In this document: positions 33,208 through 46,599 of the stretch, in pieces
Layout of the letters: every line of letters begins with the position of its first letter
Position numbering within the stretch: position 1 is the stretch's first letter
Origin: Octopus sinensis
Lineage: Eukaryota
Direction: 5' to 3'
NCBI RefSeq assembly: GCF_006345805.1
Contig: NC_043024.1
Span: 9,734,001-9,798,000 of the forward strand
Length of the DNA stretch: 64,000 bases
Translations under genes and position numbers: made by a program
The notes under the pieces: generated by a model
Databases searched by the model: none
The model's input: only the letters and a program-made list of their open reading frames with translations
What the model was told of the DNA's origin: nothing

Positions 33208-34375
33208 TGATTGATTGATTGATTGATTTTAGTTTCAGCTCACGAGCTGTGGCCATGCTGGGGCACTGCCATTTGGTGTTGCTACTTGGTTTTACTTCAC
33301 GAAAGCTTTTTAGCAACTGCCATTTGGTGCATGAGAGAGTTCGATGCAGCTGCCCTCATCTGCACCTCCTGCCGCGAAGTTGGTTCATCTGGGACACCTG
33401 ACAGGAAGAGATCCAGTTCCATTTTAAAGACATCTGCATCCACCCCATGCAGGTCTCTCAGGTTCTTCGGGAGGATATTGAAGAGCTGTGGGCCACGGAA
33501 GCCCAGGCTATCACAGTATCTTGTCCTACATCTTGATGGCAAATTTGGAGTCCTAGGCACCACGCAGTGCGCCCAGTTCTGGCATTTGTGTAACTCTCGA
33601 TGCCAAAGTTTGGGACACGTCCCTCCAGGATCTTCCAGATGTATATTATGGCATATCTTTCCCGCCTACACTCCAAGGAATATAGTTTTAATCTCTTGAG
33701 TCTTTCCCAGTAGCTTACATTCTGCATAGAGGCTATCTTCTTCGTGTAGCTACGCTGGATCGCCTCGAGCTCTGTGATCAACTTGACAATGGATGGTGAC
33801 CATAACTGAGAGCAATAGTCAAAGTGGCTTAGGACAAGTGTCCTCCAGAGGACCATCATGGTTTCTTGTTCTCTTGTTCTAAAGGTTCTGAGAATCCATC
33901 CGGCCAGTCGTCTACATTTCATTGCCAATTTAGCAACATGAACATGAAAGGTTGCGTCATCACTCATGTAAATACCCAGGTCACGCACTGATTGTGCCTC
34001 TGGGATTGCTATTCCTCCGGGTCCAGTGTATTCATTGGGTATTGCATTTAGTTTTGCATGCTGATAGTATAAAGCTTGAAACTTTTCAGCGTTGAACTGC
34101 ATGCTATTCTTTTCAGCCCACTTGTATATTTCGTCCAGCTCACATTGCAGGTGCTTAGTGTCTTCAGGGTTCTGTATTGCCTGCGAAACTTTTGTATCAT
34201 TTGCATAACTTGTGATCGTGGCTCTCTGCGTGGCTGAGGGCATGTCTGAGAGGGCCATTATCAACAGTAGTGGTCCCAAAACAGTGCCCTGCGGAACACC
34301 GCTCACTATTTGTGTGTTAATGGAAGTGGCCCCATTGGCTGCTACCACCTGACTTCTATTCTTCAGAAAGTCGTG
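33208..34375 (-). mobile_element. 5'-truncated CR1-clade LINE (RT domains to C-terminus and 3' UTR), inactive
   Basis: SGVPQGTVLGPLL, YANDT (catalytic YADD mutated), VRDLGI, DYCSQLWSP, LYSLECRRER; frameshift near 33570; (AATC)n tail at 33208-33228. Confidence 0.93.
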
Positions 34376-35460
34376 TGTGTGTATATATATATATATATGT
34401 ATGTGTGTGTATATATGTATGTATGTGTGTGTGTATATATATATGTATGTGTGTGTATATATGTATGTGTGTGTCTGTGTTTGTCCCCCTAGCATTGCTT
34501 GACAACCGATGTTGGTATGTTTACAACTCCGTAACTTAGCAGTTCGGTAAAACAGACCAATAGAGTAAGTATTGGGCTTACAAAGAATAAGTCCTGGGGT
34601 CGATTTGTTCGACTAAAGAGCAGTGCTCCAGTATGGCCGCAGTCAAATGACTGAAACAAGTAACAGAATAAAAGAAAAGACTAAATCATCTGTAAATCAT
34701 AAACCTGTCAAAAGAAGCTAAACCCTATGGAGAAGTGGAGTATTTGAAGAATCTTAGTTATGGCTGGTTCAAAGGGTCACCCAGGGTTCCATGTCTATAA
34801 AGCTCTTAGCTTTACACATGTCTTGTTAGACCCTAATAGCCGGTGAGAGATTATAGCCCACGGGCTATTAGCGTCTGATGAAAGGTGTGTACAGCCAAGC
34901 GTTTTATGGACGCAAAAACCTGGGTAACCCTATGAACCGGACAGAACTATCTTCCTCTTAATATATATATATTTTGTGGCTATAAGGGTTTTTGACTCTT
35001 GTTTCTAGCAGTGTAGGTGCTGAGATGCACCTTCAGTTACTGTAAGTGACAATTGAAATCTTTCGTTTTGGTTTTATATTGCATCTAGCTAGCTTTGTTA
35101 TTTTATATCTCCGCTCGAAACGTTAAACCCTCCTTCTTTCTTTCTTTTCCTGAGCGTCCAATAACACTATACTTGTTCCACGTCCTCGCATTGTTGTGTT
35201 TTTTCTTTGTGTTTTCATGTTTGGATTACTTTATATATATATATATATATATATTACGGAGATGTACTCGCATAGCAAGTAATTTGATCTGAGATCGTGT
35301 GCTGAAACGAAAACAATTGCAGCGTGGAAGGTGTTTATAAGCCATTTAAGAAACACACAAAAGCCGTTCGATTCACTTCAACATTTAAGTTTAATTTGTC
35401 AAAATATTTTCGTCAATAAAATCCGTGACCTGTTCACTGACAAAAATAGCAGCACGGATT

Positions 35461-35511
35461 TTTGTCAGTGAACAGGTCGCGGTCTTAAAGTGACGAAAAT
35501 ATTTTGACAAA
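35461..35511 (+). ncRNA. Hammerhead-topology motif with G3:C8 swapped core (further copies 35685-35735 + and 35395-35444 -)
   Basis: UUUGUCA-GUGAACA-G-GUCGC(ggucuuaaa)GUGAC-GAAAAUAUUU-UGACAAA; 7-bp helix I, 5-bp helix II, palindromic helix III AAUAUU. Confidence 0.55.
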
Positions 35512-35928
35512 TTAAACTTAAATGTTGAAGTGAATCGAACGGCTTTCGTGTGTTTCTTAAATGGTTTACAAACACCTTCCAAGCTGCAATTGTTTTCATT
35601 TCAGCACATGATCTCAGATCAAATCACTTGCTATGCAAGTACATCTCCATAATATATATATATATATATAAAACACCACAGATTTTTGTCAGTGAACAGG
35701 TCGCGGTCAGAAAGTGACGAAAATATTTTGACAAATTAAACTTAAATGTTGAAGTGAATCGAACGGCTTTTGTGTGTTTCTTAAATGGCTTACAAACACC
35801 TTCCACGCTGCAATTGTTATATATATATATATATATAAAGTTAATCCAAACAAGAAAGCACAAAAAACACAACAACGCGAGGATGTGGAACAATTATAGT
35901 ATAATTTGATGCTCAGGAAAGAAGGAGG

Positions 35929-35963
35929 GTTTAACGTTTCGAGCGGAGCTCTTCGTCGGAAAC
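35929..35963 (-). ncRNA. Minimal hammerhead motif, U4C variant
   Basis: Minus strand: GUUU-CCGACGA-A-GAGC(ucc)GCUC-GAAAC-GUU-AAAC. Confidence 0.6.
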
Positions 35964-37194
35964 ATAGGAGAAGGAAAGATCCAGAGAAGGGAAGACAGAG
36001 GGAAAAAAAAATCACCAACGGTACACATGAGGTCACATATATATATATATGATGGGCTTCTTTCAGTTTCCATCAACCGAATCCACTCACAAGACTTTGG
36101 TTGATCTGGGGCTGTAGTAGGAAACACTTGTCCAAGGTTTCTCGCTGTGGGACTGAACCTGGAACCTTGAGGCTGGGAAACAAACTTTCTACCACACAAC
36201 CACGCCTGCACCTTGTGAGTGGATTTATATATATTTACTGGAAGACGTTGCCAGTACTGCCTGACTGGCCCTCGTGCCGGTGGCACATAAAAGCACCCAC
36301 TACACTCTCGGGGTGGTTGGCGTTAGGAAGGGCATCCAGCTGTAGAAACTCTGGCAGATCAAGATTGGAACCTGGTGAAGCCATCTGGTTCGCCAGTCCT
36401 CATCTCTCTCTATTCATCTTTCCTCTCCTTATCTCTCTCTCTCTCTCCAGCTCTTTCTCTTTTTCTCTACCCCTCTCTCTCCCCTCTCTCTCTCTCTCTT
36501 CACAGAAGCTGATAGAAGCTCATTGTGTGTGTGTGTGTCTGTGTGTCCTACTCCTTCTCAACAACCGCTGTTGGTCCTGTAACTTAGCGGTTCAGTTAAA
36601 GAGACTGGTAGAATAAGTATCACACTTTACAAAAATGTAAGTCCTGGGGTCAATTTATTTGACTAAAATTCTTCAAGGCTATGCCCCAGCCTGGCCGCAG
36701 TCTCATAACAGAAACAAGTAAAAGATAAACGATGATGGCGATAATGATGATGATGATGTCATCCTTGTTTCCATTTCATCTTGGACATCTTCCTTCATCA
36801 ACCAAATAAATGTCACCCCAACCACTGTCCCTTAAAACCCTCAATGGATCTTCTTCCAATCCAATGCCCTTATTTTTGCACCCATTTATGTTACAATGGA
36901 CACTAAGTCCTATTGTTATTATCTGCTGACCAGTCCTGGTTCACTGGTCATCTCAATGGCTGTTTGTATTACACAACAGATGCAGCCTCTCTCACATGCA
37001 GAGTCCATTTGTGTTGCGTTCATGAGCTGAGAGCTTATAAAAACTGTGTTGCTGCTTTTGAAATAAGTATGTGTGAGTGTGTGCATGATAGAACAATAGA
37101 CTTGGTATGATGTGTCAGAGGAAGCTAAGGAAAAAAATGGTTCAAAGATTGGAATCAAAGAAAGATGGAGGAGAGAGAGAGGAGAGATAGAGCG

Positions 37195-37800
37195 AGAGGT
37201 GGGTGGATGGGTGGATGGATGGATGGATAGACAGACAAACAGACAGACAGATATATATATAGATAGATAGATAGATGAAGATAGATAGACAGATAGATAG
37301 ACTGATAGATAGATAGACTGATAGATAGATAGACAGATAGATAGACTGATAGACAGATAGACAGATAGATAGATAGACTGATAGACAGATAGATAGACTG
37401 ATAGACAGATAGACTGATAGATAGATAGACTGATAGATAGATAGACAGATAGACAGACTGATAGACAGATAGATAGACTGATAGACAGATAGATAGACTG
37501 ATAGATAGATAGACAGATAGATAGACAAATAGACAGATAGATAGATAGATAGATAGATGATACAAAGATAGATAGATAGATATAGATAGAGAGAGAGAGA
37601 GCGAGGGAGAGATGGGAAGAAATAGGGAAAGTGAGAGATGGGGAAAGATAGATAGAGATGGGGGAGAGATAGGAAAAGGTAGAGATGGGAGAGTGAGTGA
37701 GTGATGGAGGGAGTGAGAGATAGATAGAGAGAAAGAGGGAGAGAAGGCAAGAGGAAGAGAGATAGCAAAAAGAGATATGAGGGTCATGGTGGGGGAGAGA
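37195..37800. repeat. (GATA/GACA/GACT)n followed by a GA-rich tract; TA-rich tract at 38320-38570
   Basis: direct reading. Confidence 0.92.
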
Positions 37801-38309
37801 GCGTGGACAGTGGTGTTGCATGTGGAGTGTGCAGCCGACTGCACAGGGTGGCCACACTACAAATGAATGCTTGCTGCAAACGAATGTAAATTATGTTTAA
37901 GGAGAGAGACATTCAATATGGCTTCTGCCTGGCTGGCCAAGACCAAAACTATGCCACTAGAAAGAGAGAGGACAAAATCTACTCACTACCCTAACTGGAC
38001 CACTCCTATAACACTTGCACTGTGTCCTGAATTAAGTGCCAGAATCTAACACCAAGTACTTGTCCATTTCTACTCTTACTCTTTTGCTCTCTCTTTTTTC
38101 CTTGTGTCAGTCATCTGACTGTGGCCGTGCTGGAGCACCGCCCTTTAGTCGAGCAAATCGACACCCCCGGGACTTATTCTTCGTAAGCCCAGTACTTATT
38201 CTATCTATCGTCTCTTTTGCCGAACCGCTAATTTACGGGGACGTAAACACCACCAGCATCAATTGTCAAGCGATGTTGGGGGGTCAAACACAGACACACA
38301 AATATATAC

Positions 38310-38343
<34 letters not shown>

Positions 38344-38381
38344 ATATATATAATATATACATATATATGTACATATATATG

Positions 38382-38428
<47 letters not shown>

Positions 38429-38446
38429 ACCATATATATGTACATA

Positions 38447-38484
<38 letters not shown>

Positions 38485-38499
38485 TATGTACTATATATG

Positions 38500-38556
<57 letters not shown>

Positions 38557-39282
38557 TATGTACATATAATATGGCGGGCTTCTCAGTTTCCTTTACCAAA
38601 TCCACTCACAAGGCTTTGGTTGCCTGAGGCTATAGTAGAAGACACTTGACAACTGACGCTGGTGTGTTTACATTCCTGTAACTTAGCGGTTCAGCAAAAG
38701 AGACCGATATAATAAGTACTAGGCTTACAAAAACTAAGTCCTGGGGTCAATTTGCTCAAGTAAAAGAGTAAAGAGTATATATATATATATATATATACAT
38801 GTGTAAATATATATATATATATATACATGTGCATGTGTAAAAAGATTCAAGTGAAGTCATTGCCAGTATCGCCTGACTGGCCCCTGTGCCGGTGGCACGT
38901 AAAAAGCACCCACTACACTCTCGGAGTGGTTGGCGTTAGGAAGGGCATCCAGCTGTAGAAACTCTGCCAGATCACGATTGGAGCCTGGTTCGCCAGCCCT
39001 CAGTCAAAATCGTCCAACCCATGCTAGCATGGAAAGCGGACTTTAAATGATGATGATGATGATGATGATGATATATATATATATATATATAGGGGGAGAC
39101 TTCGCAAAAGACGAAGACAGGTGATGTAGACAACAAACAGATGTATTAGTATAACACTCGGGAAGTGAAAAAGTGTTTAATATTTCGGGCATTCGCTCTT
39201 CCACAGAAAGGAACACAGAAAGAAATAAGGAGAGGAAATAAAGAAAGTGTAGTGGCTGTGTATGTGTCTTTGTGTCTACATA

Positions 39283-39495
39283 TAGGATGACCCAAAAATA
39301 GGTTTACAGTTATCTCGTAGGCACTTTAAATTTCTTTTAAGATATTTTATTACATTTAAATGTCTATCTCACAATTAACTAAATTAGCATAGCATAATGG
39401 TTTTCATATTTTCTTATAATTAACAACTAAACTGCTAATATATGAATGCGAAAGAGATAGTTGAGTAACTGTAAACCTACTTTTGAGCCACCCTG
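39283..39495. mobile_element. Tc1/mariner-type MITE, about 30-bp imperfect TIRs
   Basis: taggatgacccaaaaataggtttacagtta vs reverse complement cagggtggctcaaaagtaggtttacagtta. Confidence 0.65.
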
Positions 39496-42199
39496 TGTGT
39501 ATGTGTGTGAATGTGTGTGTGTGTGTTGGTTTGTTTATGTCCCTGTTCAACAAAAGAGACTGATAGAATAAGTACCAGGTTTAAAGAACAAAAAGAAAAA
39601 TAAGTCCTGCTGCCGGCTGTGTGGTAAGGAGCTTGTTTACCTACCACGTGGTTCCGGGTTCAGTCCCACTGCGTGGCACCTTGGGCAAATGTCTTCTACT
39701 ATAGCCTCAGGCCGACCAAAGCCTTGTGAGTGGATTTGGTAGACAGAAACTGAAAGAAGCCTGTCGTATATATGTATATATATATGCGTGTTTTTGTGTC
39801 TGTGTTTGTCTCCCTAGCATTCCTTGACAACTGATGCTGGTGTGTTTATGTCCCCGTTATTTAGCAGTTCGGCAAAAGAGACCGATAAAATAAGTACTGG
39901 GCTTACAAAAGAATAAGTCCCGGGGTCGAGTTGCTCGATTAAAGGCGGTGCTCCAGCATGGCCGCAGTCAAATGACTAAAACAAGTAAAAGAGATTCCTT
40001 TGTCTAAAAAATTCTTCAAGACAGTGCACCCCCCCCCCAAATCTCCGCATAGCTGCAGTCTGACGACTGAAACAAGTAAAAGATATATTTAGACAGTTTC
40101 TGCAAAATTCAGAAATTCAGTTTAGTCTGTGTCAACCTGCTTTTCCAAATAAAAAGCTAAAGAAAAAAAAAAAATAGAATCATTTGTTCTGTTAACACAC
40201 GAAATTTCATAATGTATTTATTTTGCTAAAACCTCCTTGTGAACAATTTAACATGCTTTTACAATTTAAGCGTTTATTTTGGAGTTTTATTTGTTTCAGT
40301 CATTTGACTGCGGCCATGCTGGAGCACCGCCTTTAATCGAGCAACTCGACCCCCCGGGACTTATTCTTTTTGTAAGCCCAGTACTTATTCTATCGGTCTC
40401 TTTTGCCGAACCGCTAAGTGACGGGGACATAAACACACCAGCTTCGGTTGTCAAGCAATGCTAGGGGGACAAACACAGACACACAAACAAACACACATAC
40501 ATATATATATATACATATATACGACAGGCTTCTTTCAGTTTCCGTCTACCAAATCCACTCACATGGCATTGGTCAGCCCGGGGCTATAGCAGAAGACACT
40601 TGCCCAAGATGCCACGCAGTGGGACTGAACCCAGAACCATGTGGTTGGTTAGCAAGCTACTTACCACACATCCACTCCCACGCCTATATATTTAACCTTT
40701 AGTATCCAAACCGGACATATCAAGCCCGAATGTTTTGAGTATTTTTTGTACAGACTGGCCTGATCAGGCCTTTCATACTTACTGTACAATGTCACTCTAA
40801 AAATAGTCACATTATCGAAATTTGCAAGCTACGAGATAATCCATGATTAATTAAAAATCTCCTTCAATGACCCCCCCCCCCACTCTCTTCACAAAAGTTC
40901 TTTGTCTTGCAAGTTACTGGTGCCGTGTAAAAAGCATCCAGGCATTTGGAAGGGCATCCAGTTGTAAAAACCTTGCTGAAACTGATCTCGCTTGTGGTGG
41001 TGCCACGTAAAAAGCACACAGTCCACTCTGTGGGGTGATTGGTATCATCATCATCATCATCGTTTAACGTCCGTTTTCCGCGCTTGCACGGGTTGGACGG
41101 TTCGACTGGGGATCTGGGAAGCCAGGGGCTGCTCCAGGTTCCAGTCTGATCTGGCAGAGTATCTACGTCTGGATGCCCTTCCTAACGCCAACCACTCCGC
41201 GAGTGTAGTGGGTGCTTTTTACGTGCCACCTGCACAGGTGCCAGGGGGGGATCCGGCATCAGCCACGATCGGTTGGAGCTTTTAACGTGCCAGTGGCACG
41301 GAAGCCAGCCAAGGTGGCGCTAGCAACGTTCGGATGGTGCTTTTTATGTGCCACCGGCACAGAAGCCAGTCGGGGCGGCGCTGGCATCGGCCATGTTTGG
41401 ATGGTACTTTTTATGTGCCACCGGCACAGAAGCCAGTCGAGTCAGCGCTGGTTACGGTCACGTTTGGACGGTGCTTTTTATGTGCCACCAGCACAGAAGC
41501 CAGTCGAGTCGGCACTGGTTACGGTCACGTTCGGATGGTGCTTTTTATGTGCCAACGGCACTAGCCATAAAAACCATGGCAAAACAGACACAGCAGCCTG
41601 GGGGTAGTTTTCTACCTGGCCAGCTCCTGTCAAACCATCCAACCCTTGCTAGCATGGAAGGAGGATGTTAAATGATGATGAAGGTTTTGGTCGGCCCGAG
41701 GCTATAGTAGAAGACACTTGCCCAAGGTGTCATACAGTGGGACAGAACCCGGAACCATGTGGTTGGTAAACAAGCTACTTACCACACAGCCGGCTGCAAG
41801 ACTTATTTTTCTTTGAAGGAATTCATTTCCTTACTTTATTACTTTCATCATCATTTAACATCCGTTATCCATGCTGACAGATTGACTGGGCTGGCACGCT
41901 GGAAGACTGCGCCAGGATCCAGTCTGATTTCACATGGTTTTCTACAGCTGGATGCCCTTCTTAATGCCAGTTACTCCGAGAGTGTAATGGGGGCTTTTAC
42001 ATGCTACCAGAACGGGTACCATTTGTGTGACACTAGTATCTGACACGACGGCCATTTTGCTCGTTTTGATGGGTCTTCTCAAGCACAGCATAATGCAAAA
42101 TGTCTCAGTCATTGCCCCCGTGAGGCCCTACCCTCGAAAGGGGCTCAGCCACTTTGCCTCCAGAGGCCCATTTATATAGTGGTTTTTTTATAAGCTTAA

Positions 42200-42814
42200 C
42201 CCTCTCGTTACTGTATTTATTTTGAGATGCTCTGCGTTTCTTCTAATTATTTTTAAAATAACAATGAATTTAGTAAAATGCATGAGTGGCTGTGTGGTAA
42301 GTAGCTTGCTTACCAACCACATGGCTCCGGGTTCAGTCCCACTGCGTGGCATCTTGGGCAAGTGTCTTCTACTATAGCCTCAGGCCGACCAAAGCCTTGT
42401 GAGTGGATTCGGTAGACGGAAACTGAAAGAAGCCTGTCGTATATATGTATATATATATATATGTATTTGTGTGTATGTTTGTGTGTCTGTGTTTGTCCCC
42501 CTAGCATTGCTTGACAACCGATGCTGGTGTGTTTACGTCCCCGTCACTTAGCGGTTCGGCAAAAGAGACCGATAGAATAAGTACTGGGCTTACAAAGAAT
42601 AAGTCCCGGGGTCGATTTGCTCGACTAAAGGCGGTGCTCCAGCATGGCTGCAGTCAAATGACTGAAACAAGTAAAAGAGTAAAAAAAAAAAGAGTAGTGT
42701 CAAGAACATAAATTGTAACAGGTTTCGTGGAAGATTTTGATTTAGAACTTATGAAAGCAAGACATTTATACTACAGAGCCAGAGCCAGTTTTGGCCGGGT
42801 TGGTAACGAAAGGG
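42200..42814. mobile_element. piggyBac-type MITE carrying a nested family-A SINE
   Basis: TTAA|CCCTCTCGTTAC ... GTAACGAAAGGG|TTAA. Confidence 0.8.
42285..42690 (+). mobile_element. Full-length tRNA-derived SINE (family A: tRNA head, CORE-like block, internal TA/TG microsatellite, CR1-like tail). About 20 full or partial copies, e.g. 1-206, 2008-2417, 10675-11305, 11385-11760, 14475-15085, 19400-19770, 19885-20180, 25665-26290, 34376-34680, 38070-38775, 39610-39990, 40290-40685, 50325-50590, 51130-51320
   Basis: A box TGGCTGTGTGG, B box GGTTCAGTCCC, CORE-like ccttgggcaagtgtct block, tail ...cagcatggccgcagtcaaatgactgaaacaagtaaaaga; resembles the octopus OR-type SINEs (from memory). Confidence 0.88.
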
Positions 42815-43419
42815 TTAAGGGTGGCACGATTGTTGTAGCAATCACCATGCAAATGACTAAGGATAATAGTCTAATAATGGGGCTTACAAGCTTACAAGCC
42901 CTTGACAGATAAAAGTAGGACATGTGGCCCAGTGGTTAGGGGGTTGCACTCATTATCACGAGATCATAAGTTCAACCTCAGTCTACTCGGCTGTAAGCGG
43001 GTTACTCTCTGACAACTAATTGGTATTTCATTTGGGGAGAGTATTGACCTGCCTACCACTCTGTCTAGCCAGCAGGGTGGCATCATTCAAAATCTACAAC
43101 AATGTAAGGAAGTGCATTGTGATCAGTGGTGTATGACATCCTTTTAGTTGATACAATGATGCAGTGAATATGTACTGCTCTATACATAATATGTATTGTA
43201 TTATACACAATATGCATTGTGTATTATTATATATGTAATACAATAGTAATTATTTGTCGTATTAATTATTTATATTTTATTAATGACATAATTGTGTTTC
43301 TGCTTAATCATTTTTTGCTAAAGAATTTCATATTTCCTCGTTAGTTGCTCGTTATGTTAGGTTTGGGACAACGGCATTCCTAAGTCCATTAATTCATTAA
43401 CGGCCTCACAGAGGCCGTC

Positions 43420-43935
43420 AATCGGAGGAGAGGGGCTTTCTCCGTCCGGGTTGTGGATCCGTGGAATAAGCTGCCGGACGAGATAGTGAAGATGCCGACG
43501 ACCGCTCGGTTCAAAGTCTCTCTTGACCAGAAATGGCCTGAACTCTTTGTATGACCACCCTCCCTTTACATAACTCCCTGTCCCCCTACATGGCCTCACA
43601 ACATCATAAGCAGAAAGTATAACCTCTCGAAAGAGCTGTTCTTCACTCCTGCTCCAGAGCATAGGCTGCGAGGGTCACTCCGAAAAGCTCTATCTGCGAC
43701 GATTTCATCTCAATCAAAGGAGAGGGGCTTTCTCCGTCTGGGTTGTGGATCCGTGGAATAAGCTGGCGGACGAGATAGTGAAGACGCCGACGACCGCTCG
43801 GTTCAAGGTCTCTCTTGACCAGAAATGGCCTGTACTCTTTGTATGAACACCACCCTGTACATAACTCTCTGTCCCCTTACATGGCCTTGCTTTTGCTTTT
43901 TGAGCCAATAAAAATTGAATTGAATTGAAAAATTG
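43420..43935 (+). mobile_element. Second CR1 family: two head-to-tail 3' fragments with (AATTG)n tail
   Basis: RGAFSVRVVDPWNKLPDEIVK encoded twice; homologous to 46600-47345. Confidence 0.88.
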
Positions 43936-44967
43936 ACGAAGACCGAGACCCCTGAGATATGCTGTGACTGTGAAGACCCAACAAATGAAGTGAGTTCATG
44001 GCTCGCAGGACGGCCTGCTGTGCTAACCTTGGATCGTAGAGTGACCTGCTGTTCTTGAAGAGACCTATTGAGTCAAGAACGTTAACACCAACATCAAAAT
44101 AAAAATCAAATGGAAATTGTAGTTAAGATACCCATGCCAGTGACACGTAAAAAGCACTGTCTGAACGTGGCTGATGCCAGCGCCACCTGACTGGCGTCCG
44201 TGTCAGTGACACGTATAAGCACTAACCAATCGTGGCCATTTGCCAGCCTCCATTGGCCCCTGTGCAAGTGGCACATAAAAAGCACCGTCCAAACGTAGCA
44301 GATGCCAGCACCGCCTAACTGGCATCTGTGTTGGTGACACGTAAAAGCACCAACCAATCATGGCCGTTTACTAGCCTCCTCTGGCCCCTGTGCCAGTGGC
44401 ACATAAAAAGCGCCATCCGAATGTGGTAGATGCCAGCGCCGCCTGACTGGCGTCCGTGTCGGTGACATGTAAAAGCACCATCCGACCGTGGCCGTTTGCC
44501 AGCTTCCTCTGGCCCCTGTGCCGGTGGCACGTAAAAAGCACCCACTACACTCACAGAGTGGTTGGCGTTAGGAAGGGCATCCAGCTGTAGAAACACTGCC
44601 AGATCAGACTAGAGCCTGGTACAGCCTCCTGACTTCCCAGACCCCGGTCGAACCGTCCAACCCATGCTAGCATGGAAAACGGATGTTAAACGATGATGAT
44701 GATGTTTGTAGATCTCCTTAGGCCTCATCATCAGAATGAAGTAATGGTAGGTGTGGCGTGATGTTAGATAAAGTTTGTTTTAGCCCTCAAACAGGATAAG
44801 GTCCTGTTTGAACATGAACAGCAGTAATTTATTTAATTATTCTTTTAACCTCTTAATCCTCTAATTGCAAAATTAAATTTCTAGTAATGGTTATCCTAGT
44901 AATGATGTTAAAAATCTATCAAACAAAACAGAATTGGTATTTTCTGTAAGTCATGTTGCTTCAGTGT

Positions 44968-45625
44968 GGAGGCACATGGCCTAGTGGTTAGAGCAGCGGT
45001 CAAGGGATCGCGGGTTTGAATCTCAGACCGGGCAATGTGTGTGTTTATGAGCGAAACACCTAAGCTCCACGCGGCTCCGGCAGAAGGTAATGGCGAAACT
45101 TCTGCTGACTCTTTCGCCACAACTTTCTCTCACTCTTTCCTCCTGCATCATGCAGCTCACCTGCGATGGACCGGCGTCCCATCCAGGGATCGCGGGTTCA
45201 AATCTCAGACTGGGTGATGTGTGTGTTTATGAGCGAAACACCTAAGCTCCACACGGCTCCGGCAGAAGGTAATGGCGAAACTTCTGCTGACTCTTTCGCC
45301 ACAACTTTCTCTCACTCTTTCCTCCTGCATCATGCAGCTCACCTGCGATGGACCGGCGTCCCATCCAGGGATCGCGGGTTTGAATCTCAGACCGGGCAAT
45401 GTGTGTGTTTATGAGCGAAACACCTAAGCTCCATGAGGCTCCGGCAGAAGGTAATGGCGAACTTCTGCTGACTCTTTCGCCACAACTTTCTCTCACTCTT
45501 TCCTCCTGCATCTTGCAGCTCACTTGCGACGGACCAGCGTCCTGTCCAGGTGGGGAACCTATACGCCAAGGTAACCGGTAAACCGGCCCTTATGAGCCAG
45601 GCGTGGCTCGAGAAGGAACAAAAAA
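44968..45625 (+). mobile_element. tRNA-derived, V-domain-like SINE with a 182-bp internal triplication
   Basis: A box TGGCCTAGTGG; gggatcgcggg anchors at 45004, 45186, 45368; ctgcgatggaccggcgtcccatccaggg resembles the V-SINE domain. Confidence 0.75.
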
Positions 45626-45689
45626 CGATGTTGCTTCAATAATTTGGCGTATCTCAAGAGAAAATAATTTCAAACATGAGATTCCTTAA

Positions 45690-46252
45690 CCCTTTCGTTA
45701 CCAAACCGCCCAAAGCTGCCCGAAAAAATTTTGGTTAATGTGACCAAACCCGCCCGTATTTACCTATTCATATTTAAATGAGAATATCAGAGCAAATCTC
45801 TTTAGTACATTCGTGAAAACATGTATTATACTTCGTAAACAGTTTCCCACAACCTTAAATGAAATTAAGACTATTTTGCCATAAATATTATTATGGGTAT
45901 CAGAAAGTTACCCAGAATAACAAATTCTATCGTAAAATTTTGTTGTATACCCAATTGAATATTAGCTAATAACCCATTTTCTATAGCGATTTTGAACAAA
46001 ATTTTAATAATTTTATATTTTGTTGAATTTACCTGTATCTACCTGCAATTAGAGTCACTTTGTGACAAAAATTATAGTATAGAATTGGTTGAGAACATTT
46101 CATTAAATTATCTTCCAAAAATCATGTTAATATATTGATAAATAAAAAAGTTATAGTTGTTTAATGAAACCAGACTAAATTTATGATTACGTTAGAAATT
46201 AATTGAAACACATAAGGGGTGTATTTTGGTCAGAAATATAGTAACGAAAGGG
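45690..46252. mobile_element. piggyBac-type MITE, 563 bp
   Basis: TTAA|CCCTTTCGTTAC ... GTAACGAAAGGG|TTAA. Confidence 0.88.
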
Positions 46253-46261
46253 TTAACAAAA

Positions 46262-46550
46262 GATAGATGCCTATGTCCACAGCTCTTCAATATCCTCCCG
46301 AAGGACCTGAGAGACCTGCATGGGGTGGATGCAGATGTCTTTAAAATAAAACTGGATCTCTTCCTGTCAGGTGTCCCAGATGAACCAACTTCACGGCAGG
46401 AGGTGTAGATGAGGGCAGCTGCATCAAACTCTCTCATGCACCAAATATCAATTCCTAAAAAGCATTCGTGAAGTAAAATCATGTAGCAACACCGAATGGC
46501 GGTGCCCCAGCATGGCCACAGCTCATAAGCTGAAACTAGATAAGATACAA
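46262..46550 (+). mobile_element. 3' fragment of the same CR1 family as 33208-34375
   Basis: PQLFNILPKDLRDLHGVDADVFKIKLDLFLSGVPDEPT; 3' end gtgccccagcatggccacagctcataagctgaaac. Confidence 0.9.
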
Positions 46551-46599
46551 AACTGATTTCTACAGTTAAGGGCAATGAAATTCTTAGTCAATATATATA

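Larger units (their letters stand above)
35100..36035. mobile_element. Nested Penelope-like cluster: outer inverted pair (35110-35235 +, 35830-36030 -) enclosing about 160-bp inverted and direct copies of a second family (35255-35820)
   Basis: reverse-complement homology of the arms; four hammerhead-like motifs inside. Confidence 0.6.

Noticed and set aside
34870-34915. Hammerhead at gcgtCTGATGAAAGG
   Set aside because: No intact GAAA and helix I register is broken; at best a decayed relic inside a foldback at about 34765-34940.
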